Origin: Ylistrum balloti
Lineage: Eukaryota
NCBI RefSeq assembly: GCF_031769215.1
Contig: NW_026782212.1
Span: forward strand, 620,001 to 684,000
Direction: 5' to 3'
Length of the DNA stretch: 64,000 nucleotides
This document shows, in pieces, positions 25,907 to 39,894 of the stretch. The translations under genes were made by a program, and so were the position numbers. The notes beneath the pieces were generated by a model, which saw only the letters and a program-made list of their open reading frames with translations, searched no databases and was not told the origin of the DNA. Every line of letters begins with the position of its first letter. Position 1 is the stretch's first letter.

Positions 25907-28900
25907 AAACCTAGCACGTCTTTTCATAAACAGGGTAGCTTTGTAATGTACATTATTCGTTTGATAATAGAGGTATAAATGTATACTAATAAAGACGGCA
26001 GTTCGTACACTTTAATGTGTATGAACTTATGTGTGAGTAAATCATACGTTGGATCATTATGTATAACGTTATACCATAAAACAACTGTCGCTTTTTTAAC
26101 CTTTTCTACAGGAATATGAAATGATACTTGATTTTCATTTTAAACAATTCGATTTGTTATATGTATAATGAATCGAAATACCGTGAAATACAAAAAGCAA
26201 AAGCTAAAATCAGTTTTTGATATTTCATTTTCTTCAAAAAACACATCGCAATTTGAAAGGTGTTTTGAAATTTCTGGGGTTTTTTTTTCATTTTATGATC
26301 AAGAGTTAGATTTCCCTTGAGATATCAATTTCACAATATTGCTCCTTATAATCACCACACAAGTACACGTGATACCAGGATTTCATTCATACCGCAATAG
26401 AAAGTGATCTCTCCGATGCCATTAAGTATTATTGTTAAAAGCAACAAAACGCACAATGTTCGCGAGTTTAAGGTGATCGACAGTGCAGGCTTTGTCATTT
26501 AATATTTCTATATTAGAAAAATTGTAATTAGGATGATCGACAAGACAATATCAGGAAGTTATAATATTGAGGATATCAGTACTGTAAGGAGTATAAAGAC
26601 AACTGAATGCCCCCAGACTATTGTTTGTATTTCTAATCTTTAACACATTCACTCAATCAAGACATTTTCCAAACACCTTTCGGCACTCATGTTTTCTCTC
26701 AACATTTTCCATCATCAATATCCTTTGCTGAGCACCGTCTCATATAACTCTTTAACGTAGCCACCTTCTGTCGATTTTACTAAACGTTTCACTTGCTTAC
26801 GCATGTGTTGCACTAAATCAGTATACCCCACCATCCTAAATGCTTACATTTAGCTGTTTAATATGCCAGATTCAAACAGCTTTAAATTGAAATCATATGA
26901 AAGCATATTTATTGCCAACTGTTGCGTCAACAATAATTCATCGATTTTATACTAAAACAAAATAACATTTAGGACAACTTCCGTTACTTTCTTTTCGACG
27001 CTATAGTACCATTTATTTTTTTGATTTTGGTCATACCGTTTCTCTCCTGATCACCAGTTGTCCCATCATTGGGAAGTTGGATAGAAAATACTAACTGCTC
27101 TTATTTCCGATTTTAGTGTTTCTTTCTTTCTTATGTCTTGTTATTTACTCAAAGAACAGAATATGCATGGGATGGTTATTTCCACACGTTCGACTTCCAT
27201 GGGTCGCAGTCACTATACAATCGCCTATTGAAGGAGTAGATGCAGTCCCTGAACACATTATTATGATAAAAAGTTTCAAGGGAACTGTTTTATTGAGGAA
27301 AAGCATTGCTTTACTTTCCAATACAAATCGCATTGCTCTTGGTTATGGTCTTGCAATTGTTGTCCTGGGAATACTGACAGATACAACGACTCAGAAATCT
27401 TTTATGAAACTAGACATTGGAAACAGAAACATTATACCAAATAGGCCGTCGATGTTGTCTCCTGTCAAGTAATTTATGTGCATTTTGCGAGATTTTGTGA
27501 CGTTATAGAAGGATGTTTAAGGCTATATGAAGCATTTCCAGTCGGCTCCGCATTACCTCCGATGCGTGATGTTGCATGACAACTGACGCCCCAAAACAAA
27601 TCTCCATTTTCCAAAATTAAAACACATGCAAAAGAAACCTCATTCATATGCAGAAAAATTTGGAAGCGGAACGTTTTCTTCATGCACACTGTCTCTTAAG
27701 GGTTTCTACTATCTATTTATATGTAATAGGTAAGAAGGCAATGTGGGCTTCCACGTGATGCATACTACGGAGTAGACTACTGGATTTGCATATATAACGA
27801 GATTTGACTAGGGCACGTTTATTGTTAGTATACATACACAATACGTCAGGATGTCTGTTTCCGTTAGTAGGAAGTTCTATCGTCATGAGGAATTAGTTTA
27901 AGAATCAATGAGACACTGTTTTACAGAGTTTTACCTCCAGATATATACACATGTATCCAGACATATTCTACACTACAAAAGTATAAACTTAATGTTTTCA
28001 CTCAATATTTCTGATAGATAACTTACAAATAGAAATCTGATTTTGAAACTATCAGGATATCATCATTATCTCGACATAACTGATGCATGAACATTTAGAT
28101 ACGATGTATGTCATGCAAGCATACACCACACACTCACGCGCCCTCATTAATCACTCTGTATCAAGCCTATAGCATGTACCAATGTAAAGGAGGTGTATGG
28201 AAACAGAAGATTTAACTGTGAAAATAATTAGATATCATCATCATTGAGAGAACAGAAACAGGGAAGGGTGCGCGGATATATAGGTGGTGACGAGGAGAGG
28301 TGAGCGGGAGGCAGTGTCATAAGAAAAAACATGAAAATTCGTCGAGTCCAACGTTGTAATTCGAGGGAAAGACTCTTGCATCCATGCCAATTAGAAGTCA
28401 AAGTACAACCACAAAGTAGATTTTCCTACTTACCAGGAAAACCTTATATACTTCGTCAAATACTTTCAGAACACTACACCATAACCTTTTAACGGGTTAT
28501 CAATATCTATATTTTACAAAATTTATTTTCATTATACTGATAGTACGGTCAATGAGAGTATGAATATGTGTACAACGACCAATAACATGTGTAACCAAAA
28601 GGAAATAATAGATAGACATTGAAGTCATGTGCAGCCATTAGCAAATTGATGTTTCAGATAATTAAAAATTAATGGAAGTGCATTAACATTTACTAGAAAA
28701 GGGACACAGGTTTTAACGTTGCGCCTTTAAAATGTTGCTTCCGTGTACAACACTCTTATTTGAGCCTATATATGGATTGCAATGAAAATTACTATTTATA
28801 TACGTAAAGACAAATTCCAAAACTATTCGACTGGTGATGGACATAATTTCATAAAACATAGCTCTTCCTGAAGTTACTACGACGGTTCGACAACGATTGC

Positions 28901-30479
28901 ACGAATGCTTTGATGATTTGTTTCGATCTCAGTGCCATTTGTTGGTTTAGGTAGGCGACCAACGTGTCTCATCGGCAGTGGTGTCATTTGTCTGCATTTA
29001 AATTACAAATGGTTGATAATTTATAATGCACTGCAAAATGTCTGTCGATACCAGTTCGCCTGTAGCCATACAAAATCATTGAGATTGCTTGCCTTCTTGG
29101 ATATTTAGTAATGTATAGAATTTAAAGCATGCTTTGATTTTTTTTAAGTCTTAGAAAAGTGTTTGATTTGCTTGGTTTTCAATTTTTTTTCCGTTTATGG
29201 ATGTTTAAGACATTATTCAATTTATGGTATTGAGCGACTTGAGAAAATACACTTTCATATGCTAGGCAGATGTCGTATTTATGAAATAAGACATATATCA
29301 TATTATATCAAATTCTTAGAACATATACCTTGATAATAATGACAAATCGTTTAAGTTTTATACCAATACATCAGTTTTCATTTTTTGAGGAAAAAAAAAA
29401 AATAAGAAAAATCAAAGCATACATACCAAGAAAATAATATGGTATTTTAAGAAAATTAAATGGAAACTTGACTACCTACCTTTAGGATTTCAACAAGTGT
29501 GATGCATTCCTATGATATTGCTATACTTATAGCAAATTATCGCACATTAAAGGCCTGTGATATCCTTCCAGTACTAGAAACAGTCGACTGCTAGTGTGCA
29601 CCGAGTACTGGATACCACCATCGATCCGCCTGGCGCCGGATTCTCGGCATGGAAACACTTGCCGATCACTAACATCTTGTTATCCGCAGGTACTTGAGAA
29701 AAATGACAGTTTTTCGATACTTCTTTGTCAATATCCTCTCAGAAAAATCAGTAGTTGTTTACCCTTTAAATAACGGAGGAGGAAACAAGATAACTGGCGT
29801 GGTATCTAGAAACATTGATTGATAATATTTGATCTAATCTAATTTATATCGATTATATGTCAAATCACTGTATTTGTTCATAAATGGTATCGCAGTCAAT
29901 TATAATAAATTCAATTAACGAAAATAGCTTGTTAGTTATCTGCTAGATGCCGCGGTGAAGACGCATCAGTTTAGAGAGGAAATGTCTTTATTAACCAAAA
30001 ACCCAGTTAGATCAGTAAGTACCGTGACTACTTTCGGACTTTAGCGGGTTTCTAACGTTAGTCCTTGCCTTATGAATACGGTACGAACGAGATGGACGTT
30101 ATTGAATGGAACGGTCCGGTATTTTGTCTCGACTGGCCATTTACCCAGAAGTAATTCGATCAGCACCGGGAATGTGCTACTTCGCTGTAGATAGAGTGTC
30201 CACTCTTATTCGTTAATGTAAATGTTGAAGTTAATGCCTCGCAAACTACAAATAAAGCTTTCACAGTTTTGTCGCTATTAAACCCTCAGTTTGCTATTTT
30301 GTTGTCATGATTAGATTGGAGCAGGAATGCTTTTTGTTCTAGACACATTTACTGGTAAACCATATCTTTTGATATGACAAAAATTGTTTACATTGGAGAC
30401 TTTTTGTGCATTTGTATCGATACAGTTGATATTATGACAAGTATGAGTTACGATTAAACGATTCCCGGAAAGGATGTGA

Positions 30480-30650
30480 AAAGTTTGAGATCACCTGCCC
30501 GACCACGTGGGATTTACCCGTGTACAACGGTTTCCTTCCACGGTAAAACCCCTCGCACTCATCCATCCTGGCCAACAAGAGTGATTATTTTAAGCTGGAA
30601 AAACTTGTTTCGCAATTGTTGTAAAATAAACAAAGTTTATTTGTTTAAGT
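30480..30650 (+). mobile_element. degenerate SINE body and 3' end (V/Meta-domain-like)
   Basis: GGATTTACCCGTGTACAACGGTTTCCTTCCAC resembles the conserved GGTTTTCTCCGGGTACTCCGGTTTCCTCCCAC SINE domain; followed by AACTTGTTTCGCAATTGTTGTAAAATAAACAAAGTTT tail. Recognised from memory, not aligned. Confidence 0.5.
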
Positions 30651-32754
30651 ACGTAAGCGGATGATATAAACAACATTAGAAACGAAAAGAGAAAAAAAGA
30701 TATGACAAAAATGCGTAAACTGTCTCATTGGATAAGTCATCTTGATAGAATTTTAGACTTTAATAACATGACAAGTGAATCAGGAAGCAATTATTTTAAT
30801 ACCTCTCAATCCTCCTGCAAAGAGAACAAGTAGTTCTTGCCGTTTTAGTGTAATTATGGATTCGAGCTTCACAGCGTGTTAACAACAAGCGTATTTGATA
30901 GAGCAGGTCTCCAAACACGGACAGGTCTTTTCGTTTTCTTTCGATCAACGAAGTCAGCTTGCCGTGCAGTCTCGTCAGTGAGCGGATGCTGAATATCTCG
31001 GGAATTGTCTGTACAGATACTTCCTATTTAGTCTGCAATAAAAAAAAACATGCGGGGTTTTCTTTCATCACAGTACAGAATAGAATAGATAATAGAAAAA
31101 ACAATATACTATAGGTTACAATACAAGGTCTGTCATACCACCAAGTAAACAAACATGATAGAAGACACAAATAGAACAGACAAGGCTTAAAATAGCACAA
31201 AGTCCACACACACGAACAAAAAATGGAAAGAATTGAAACAAAAATATCAGCACAGTTTTTACACAAGGGTGAAATAGCATGGAGTCTAACCTCTGGGACA
31301 ACACAAAAGGAACCAAAACAAAAACAAACAAAACACAGCACCAACGTCCACATACACGAACAAAAGTAGGAAAGAATGAAAACTAACACAAAGACAAATA
31401 TAACCGTTTCGCACATGGAAACCATGGCACAGAGTCGAAACATTGGAAAAAATTAGCTCGTTCAACACACAAGACCGAACAGAGCACAGCACCAGCACAA
31501 AGGGTGAGTTAAGTAGGCGTGTTTTTTTACCGTTATGGTATTCATAGATTCAGCCCTAGTAAGTGAGCCATGGATGTTCCACTTCATGTATCAAAGCTCG
31601 GAATCCAAATTCTATATTCGGGGTAGAATATCAATTATCCACCGATCATATATAAGCTCGACTCTGTCGGCTTATTTAAAGGGTTTTTCCCCTTTGGTCT
31701 GACTTATCAAACAATTCTTCATTAAAGTGTGACGTTTTCTATTTCTAAATATCAGTTTAAGCGTAATTAACACAGAGATATGTAATTCCTTCAGAGAATG
31801 CGCCATGTTGGATAACCGACACTCTTTATTCCTTTGAGATTTCAAATTTACATATATTTACTTCAACACTTCTATAGTACATGTAGCTAGATGTATAATG
31901 TTCGTCGTCTTTCGCGATGACGCAGACCTTCACATTCCCATAATTCTTATTATAATGAACACATTGAAGATGAAGATGTTTTAATATTGAATGTTTTCTT
32001 TTGTCATTAATTTCCGTTGTCTGGTATGTAGTATAGGTATTCACCTTTAAATTTATATTTCAGAAAATATTCATTCTCCTAAATTGTTTTGAAATGCATC
32101 GATAACTATTATTTTACAGGGCATGTAGGAACTATAAAGAAATAGTGATAGAAGCTGTAAACGGAAACAAAGTTAGGTGTCAGTCGACCCTATCCGACCT
32201 GTTAAGGAAATGCTGTACAGCCTTTGCAATTTTTACATTGTCATTTGATGATATATTTGGATCACCGTTACATAAAATATCAACAGTAATAGTTTCTTAG
32301 TACCATGCTAATTCTGTTATTAGAGTTCGTCGCAGATTTGTATGAATAGGACAGATAAGGAAAAAGTGATAGGAATCTTCACAGGGGTGCCCACATCGAC
32401 ACTCAGTGTTATCAAGGAGATTGGCTCAAAAAAAAAAACGGCAGAAACCGGCATTTGATAGAGAGAAACCGAGTCTATTAGAACCGAGATAAACTGAATT
32501 CTCTAACATCATTTAATAACATTTCTGTCACTATTTGTTTAAGGTTGTCTGTCAAATGCTTAGTGTACCCGTTTTTACACCCTAGATAATCAGTAATACA
32601 TTAAAAAAACCTAACTGTAACATCTAACATGCTGTATTTGTAGTGAGATATGTCTTTTTTAATATCGCGAAACTATTTCAGATTTTGTTGTAAATTCTGT
32701 TCATATAAAAACCGACATGCCAGAACTTCAATTTTAAGTTTATACATTCTTAAA

Positions 32755-33088
32755 TGGGTATGCTATAAGTTAAATTTATACTCTGTTAAATAGAGTATGG
32801 GTATGCTATAAGTTAAAGTTATACTCTGTTAAATAGTGATAAAAAGGTTAAAGCTATACACACTTAATTACGTAAATTAAGTATATACATTTTTAACTAG
32901 GAATTATATAAGGTTATCATATTTCACATTCTTGACTAGGTATAATAAGTTAAGACTATACATTTTTTAAATAGAAATGATTTAAGTTAATCGTATTTTT
33001 CATTCTTAACTAGGTATAAGTTAAAGTTATACATTTTTAACTAAGAACGATATAAGTTACTCGTATTTTTCATTCTTAACTAAGTATA
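32755..33088. repeat. 43-bp duplication followed by degenerate ~65-bp tandem repeats
   Basis: TGGGTATGCTATAAGTTAAA.TTATACTCTGTTAAATAG at 32755 and 32798; downstream TAAGTTA...CATTCTTAACTA(G/A)GTATAA units recur about three times. Confidence 0.8.
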
Positions 33089-33593
33089 AAAATATATAGG
33101 TCACTACCTTGCACTTGGAATGATAATGTCAATCTACGATAATAGGTGAGAAATGGAGACTGATGTTTGTAATTCAAATTCCCTGCCATAGGCTAGTTCT
33201 GTTTTAAATTAAATTGAAGAACTGCTACTGTCAATATTTTCTTCTGAATACCCTCTGTTTGTGCTTTTAATCAAATTGCAGCACGGCAATTTTAGAAAAG
33301 GTCGTTCGCTCTGTATTAACACACTAATGCTTTAAAGGTGTTTTAACGCTTTAATAGGATTAAGGTCTCTGCTTGTGCTCTTTACAGTGTCTTGTAAATA
33401 ACATCATAGCCCTGCAAAGTGTCTATCTTGCCAATGCACCATCACGTTTTACTGAATTTGTCACCAAGTTCACTAACAAGAATCCATCATATTTTTTTTT
33501 CAGGTATTTACCATTCACTTTATCATGGGTTACCATGTTACCAGTAGTACTTGTCCTGAAATATATAGGAAATATAATTAGATAATAGGAAAT

Positions 33594-33654
33594 GGGGGGG
33601 GGGGGGGTGTGGTCGGGTGGGGTGGGGGTGGGAGGGTTGGTGTGGTGGGGGGAG
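33594..33654 (+). other. G-rich tract, potential G-quadruplex
   Basis: G14 followed by several G3-G6 runs with 1-3-nt loops (GGG T GGGG T GGGGG T GGG A GGG). Confidence 0.75.
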
Positions 33655-34149
33655 TTGTTAACGGCAGTTGATTTAATAAGTTAATATTTTACCAACAACA
33701 AAATGTTTTTCATCAGATAGTTTTTAATCGACATATCGGAATTTTAATTGTATAACTGTACCTTTTCCCTTTCTAAAATATACATCTTAACCTTAAATCG
33801 TTTATCAGATAAATAAATAAATATAGTTACATATGTATACTTATATCACTGTCTCCTTCAAGTGCAGTCTTTCATAGAAATATGAATATAGTAATTTGAT
33901 TATAAAATTCACAGGCCGAGTTAACCTTATAAGGCTTCCAAATTTATTGTATAAGGAAAACATGTACACTGTATATTCAGCAGCAAAGCCCGCATAACGT
34001 TGCGTGTTTAGAGCGTAGAATAGCAGCATTGTCATTATGCTCTAGTAGCAAAAACAGTTTGTAATTTCATATCTGCTGTGTCTGCATATTTTGTTGGTTG
34101 CTCACTCTTTGGTTTACAGTATACCAGTTCCACATACAATTAGGTCAGA

Positions 34150-36305
34150 ACACGACTTTATCTATCATAACACAATGATATATATCATAATACAACACTT
34201 CGATCTACGTATCCTCTATCACAACACTTTGGTGTAAACTTTCTCTATCACATTCGGCGTACGTTTCTTATCACAACATCTCATATATTTTCACTCACAA
34301 CACCTCGGTGTATACATTTTCTTTCTCAAGATATCGATGGGTTTTTTTAATCAAAACTTCTTGGTTTACATTCTCTAAGAGCACAATTCGGTTTGTATTC
34401 TCTATCAAAACACCTCGATACATATATATCCATCACAGTTTATATATGTGTGTAATCTCTACCACAACACCTCGGTTGATATTCTCTACCACAACACCTC
34501 GGATTATATTCTCTCACACAACACCTCGGATTAGATTCCCTACCAAAACACTTCGGATTAGATTCTCTACCACAACACCTCGCATTATATTCTCTACCAC
34601 AACACCTCGGTTATCTTCTATCACAACTCCTCAGTTTATCTTCTCTATCACAACACCTTAGTTTATCTTCTCTATCACAACACTTCGTTTATATTCTCTA
34701 CCACAACACCTCGGTTTATCTTCTCTATCACAACACCTCAGTTTATCTTCTCTATCACAACACTTCGGTTATATTCTCTACCACAACACTTCAGTTTATC
34801 TTCTCTATCACAACACCTCGGTTATATTCTCTATCACAACACCTCAGTTTATCTTCTCTGTCACAACACTTCGGTTATATTCTCTACCACAACACCTCAG
34901 TTTATCTTCTCTATCACAACACCTCAGTTTATCTTCTCTATCACAACACTTCGGTTATATTCTCTACCACAACACCTCAGTTTATCTTCTCTATCACAAC
35001 ACCTCGGTTATATTCTCTATCACAACACCTCAGTTTATCTTCTCTGTCACAACACTTCGGTTATATTCTCTACCACAACACCTCGGTTTATCTTCTCTAT
35101 CACAACACCTCAGTTTATTTTCTCTATCACAACACCTCAGTTTATCTTCTCTATCACAACACCTCAGTTTATTTTCTCTATCACAACACTTCGGTTATAT
35201 TCTCTATCAAAACACCTCAGTTTATCTTCTCTATCACAACACCTCAGTTTATCTTCTCTATCACAACACCTCAGTTTATCTTCTCTATCACAACACCTCG
35301 GTTTATCTTCTCTATCACAACACTTCAGTTTATTTTCTCTATCACAACACCTCAGTTTATCTTCTCTATCACAACACCTCAGTTTATCTTCTCTGTCACA
35401 ACACTTCGGTTATATTCTCTACCACAACACCTCGGTTTATCTTCTCTATCACAACACCTCAGTTTATTTTCTCTATCACAACACCTCAGTTTATCTTCTC
35501 TATCACAACACCTCAGTTTATTTTCTCTATCACAACACTTCGGTTATATTCTCTATCAAAACACCTCAGTTTATCTTCTCTATCACAACACCTCAGTTTA
35601 TCTTCTCTATCACAACACCTCAGTTTATCTTCTCTATCACAACACCTCGGTTTATCTTCTCTATCACAACACCTCAGTTTATTTTCTCTATCACAACACC
35701 TCAGTTTATCTTCTCTATCACAACACCTCAGTTTATCTTCTCTATCACAACACCTCAGTTTATCTTCTCTATCACAACACTTCGGTTATATTCTCTATCA
35801 CAACACCTCAGTTTATCTTCTCTATCACAACACCTCAGTGTATCTTCTCTATCACAACACCTCGGTTTATCTTCTCTATCACAACACCTCAGTTTATTTT
35901 CTCTATCACAACACCTCAGTTTATCTTCTCTATCACAACACCTCAGTTTATCTTCTCTATCACAACACCTCAGTTTATATTCTCTATCACAACACCACGC
36001 ATTATATTCTCCAACACAACACCTTGGTTTCTATTCTGTATCACAAAACCTTAGATTATCTTTTCCATCACAACACCTCGGTTTATATTCTCTATCACAA
36101 CACCTCGGATTATATTTTCCATCACAACACCTCGGTTTATCTTCTCTATCACAACACCTCGGATTATATTCTCTATCACAACATCTCGGTTTATATTCTC
36201 CAACACAACACCTCAGATTATATTTTCCATCACAACATCTCAGTTTATATTCTCCAACACAACACCTCGGATTATTATCTCTATCACAACACCTCGGTTT
36301 ATATT
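34150..36305. repeat. 27-bp minisatellite (~75 units) with higher-order repeats
   Basis: TTCTCTATCACAACACCTCAGTTTATC, period 27 (35221, 35248); 26-bp variants interspersed; degenerate at both edges. Confidence 0.97.
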
Positions 36306-37364
36306 TTGTCTCGAGTTATATTCCCTACCTATGTGTAATCATACGTAGATTTATGTTATTTATATTTTTTAAGAAATAAAGACATCAGTATCACTCGATC
36401 ACGTTAGTGATTCATTTCATCAATCGTAGATGTGTTACACAATATAAATATCAATTTAGGTAGAGTATACAGATAATACAGGTAAAACAAAGCACTGTTA
36501 TTATCCAAGACTGTATCCAAAATGGAATGCTAGGCTTTAATAAGCAAAAACATGTGCGTGTCTTATCTGTACCCATTCAGCATCATACATTTGTATATTT
36601 ATAAACCTTTTAGAACCTGTGATTCCCATAGGTCTTTGTGGGTCTTTGTGAGTCTTTGTGGTAAGTCTTGTCCAATAACTTAAAGGTGTCTCGAAGATCG
36701 TCATGAAGAACAAATATGAAGATAATTGATTGATAGGGAAAACCAATATCGTGTTGTTATCTTTTAAGATTTCAGAGTATGGAGATTTTACAAAAAAAGA
36801 CATAAGGATAGAGAAAAGACGAGGCATCTTTTTATGAAAATGGAAAATATAAAGGAAAATAAGTGTTTAATAATTTTCATTCACTGGGAACAATTGGAAA
36901 ATAGGAAAAATGTATATGTTATACAAAACTCAAACTTGGTGTGAAATATAAACCAAATACAATATTACACGCATAAACAGACACAAAAACACCATCGATT
37001 AGATGCAGTGATGTTGCTTCCTAGAAAAGATACATCTTGCTGAAAAGCTTCATTTTGAGAAAAGATCTAGGGAAATGACTGATGTGGAAGTGAGTGACCT
37101 GTCCTTGCTTTCCTATTCCGATGGACTGTACGATAGACAATAAACAATGGCCTAATCATGATACTGATAGAAACGATTAATACGAATATCACTAGAAATT
37201 ACCTAATTATCATGATGACAGACAATCGGTAGTCGAACTATCAGAATATTATGAGATCTACCCGTACATTAACAGTAATACGGTTGAGTTGTCCATATAT
37301 CAAGGTATATCAGGTCAAGGTAAGTCATAATTGATAATAAAAAATTGATGGAGTGAGCGGAATA

Positions 37365-37985
37365 TTTACAGTGATGAGGTCAAATTATTTTGTATTTTCA
37401 CAGTGATGTGGTCGACTTATGTTGGATTTTCACAGTGATGTGGTCGACTTATTTTTGATATTAAAAGTGATGTGGTCGACTTATTTTGGATTTTCACAGT
37501 GATGTGGTCGACTTATTTTGGATTTTCACAGTGATGTGGTCGACTTATTTTGGATTTTCACAGTGATGTGGTCGACTTATTTTTGATATTAAAAGTGATG
37601 TGGTCGACTTATTTTGGATTTTCACAGTGATGTGGTCGACTTATTTTTGATATTAAAAGTGATGTGGTCGACTTATTTTGGATTTTCACAGTGATGTGGT
37701 CGACTTATTTTTGATATTAAAAGTGATGTGGTCGAGTTATTTCGGTGTTTACAGTGATGTGGTCGAGTTATGTGGGTGTTTACGGTAATGTGGTCGAGTT
37801 ATTTGGGTGTTTACAGTAATGTGGTCGAGCTATTTGGATGCTCACTCTGAAGTGGTCGAAGTATTGTGGGTGTTTACATTGATGTGGTCGAAGTATTAGA
37901 ATATTTACGGGTTATTAAGGCATCCACAGTGATGTGGTCGACTTATTTGGGTGTTTACAGTGATGTGGTCAAGTTAGTTGGATAT
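37365..37985. repeat. 32-bp minisatellite (~18 units) with three unit variants
   Basis: (C/A)AGTGATGTGGTCGACTTATTTT followed by GGATTTTCA or TGATATTAA; GTCGAG variants in the 3' part. Confidence 0.95.
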
Positions 37986-38039
37986 TCACAGATCAGCCTG
38001 ACTTGATGCCGACATAAAACGGAAATTCAGTGAATTTAT

Positions 38040-38135
38040 TTGTACGTTATTGACAGTCGTCTAGTTGCCGTGCGTTAACAGTTACCCTGGTCGGAGAGTT
38101 TGTCTGACGTGTTTCGAATCCTCAAGTGCCCGTAC
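38040..38135 (+). mobile_element. possible very degraded Penelope-like 3' fragment
   Basis: TTTGTCTGACGTGTTTC resembles the end of the PLE ORF as seen at 56915; a similar motif lies on the minus strand near 1160. Confidence 0.3.
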
Positions 38136-38359
38136 CACTGGTTATGAAGATTTTCAATCAATACTGCTTACAGTAACACAACGTACACTTGTAGACGACC
38201 ACGAGATCATGTATGTGGCTATTTGATCATTGTCTAAAACTTCACAGTTTGACAAACTATTTTGAAACTCCAATACCTTCTTGTCACGCAAAATTTGGAT
38301 AAAATGGAATCACAGCACAATATGGTCTGCCCAAAGCACGCATGTAGAACTGCTGTGAT

Positions 38360-38745
38360 AGGTTGAGTGTGACAAGTTTTTCCATTCCGTGTCCGTGTCC
38401 CTCCACTTCCGCTCGCGTCCCTTTCAGTTTTTAATGCGTTTGCGCTCAACCATTACTCCTCATTCCACAGATTCCATTCTATTCTTTGTCCAAGTTCCTC
38501 ACTCTTTTTCCATACTGCTTCTCTCCACTTTCTTTCCTTCATTTCGTACTGTGCCAATCCCAGTCCAATATCATATCTAATTCTTTTCTATTTCGTCCCT
38601 GTTTTCCATCTGCCGTCTTTTCGATGTCAGTGTCCCATACTTTCCATTCGTTCTATACCTCTTGCCTTCCACTCCCTTTAAATCACTTATTCTTTCTTTC
38701 CATTATGTGCTAATTTCCTTCCACTTATATCCAATCCCATGTCCC
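38360..38745. repeat. low-complexity pyrimidine (CT)-rich tract
   Basis: Strong C/T skew with TTCCA/TTCTT motifs and no clean period. Confidence 0.7.
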
Positions 38746-39659
38746 CATGTTCCATTGCCATTCCGTGACTCGGATGGTGGACATCATTCGTGCTGGGAAA
38801 TTTATCAATGACGAGTCCAGTTTTCGTCATATCAAATTAGCTAGGAGACATATCGGTATAATATGGCCTTGTTACATAGAGTTAGCATTGATGTATTTGA
38901 AATTGAGGCCATCAAAGTCTACCCGTCGCCGAACGACTATTATTTGGAATAATGTAGATGATACATTAAAGCAAAGCATGTCTGCTACCAGACAATTAAA
39001 TCTGGGGTTCAATATCATATCCCTAAGTATACATGACTTTAAGTTTTATCTCACATCCACTCTAGTCTAACAACCATTCTAGTTGAAGGCAAGTATCGCT
39101 TATTGTAAATGATCGAAAAATCAAAATAGTTTTGGTTCACTTACAGATAAATTCGATTGTTAATTTTCATGAGTGAAATACGAGACGAGTTTCGGTATCT
39201 CAGTATAACGTGCCAGCGGGTTGATGTTTAACATTTCCACCCACATAATTGGACGGAAAATCTGTATCTAAATCGGAGTACCCAAAGTGGTTAACATCAG
39301 AACTCGAAAATACATTTAATCTATTTAAGATATAATCATTTATTGTCCTTTGTGGAACTTTTACGTCTTTCGTTCAAATAATAAGTGTACTCTCTGAACA
39401 TTATGATAAATAGAAATGAACGTTTTTATTTCATAACTCTCCAGTTATCAGTGTAATAAAACCCATTACAGGAATTATGGCCATATATGTACTTACACCT
39501 AACGGAGCAGTTTTTGGCTAAATGTTCCCGTAGTTTGAATCTTGACGTCATACCTTTGTGACGCCAAATGCATTATGACTTCACGAACCAGAGAGATATG
39601 GCATGATACTTTCAAATATTAAGATTAAATGAGTCTATGTTATGAATGACGTTTCAATA

Positions 39660-39894
39660 AGTACATGCTACACTTAAAAGATATTCATTAATGAACATAA
39701 AATGGAAATGTTTGATTCTGGATGAGTAAGATACACATGTAGTTGACGTCCTTCTAACATGATCAGATATACGATATACACGAAATGTACTGAATTATGG
39801 GTCAAGTGCACCTCCCCAACTAGGTTCTGTCATTGTTTTTCTATAACATTGGGTTTTCATCAGTCGCTTCATAGGTTAGGGATTTGTGTCCATA
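39660..39894 (+). mobile_element. hammerhead-bearing repeat family, copy A, 5' body
   Basis: TGGAT..ATACACATGTAGTTGACG (39719-39748) and TTGGGTTTTCATCAGTCGCTTC (39849-39870) match copy B on the minus strand (the latter 17/22). Confidence 0.7.

Noticed and set aside
27116-27472. 118-aa ORF
   Set aside because: GTG start, no recognisable domain or splice support; length is within chance expectation.
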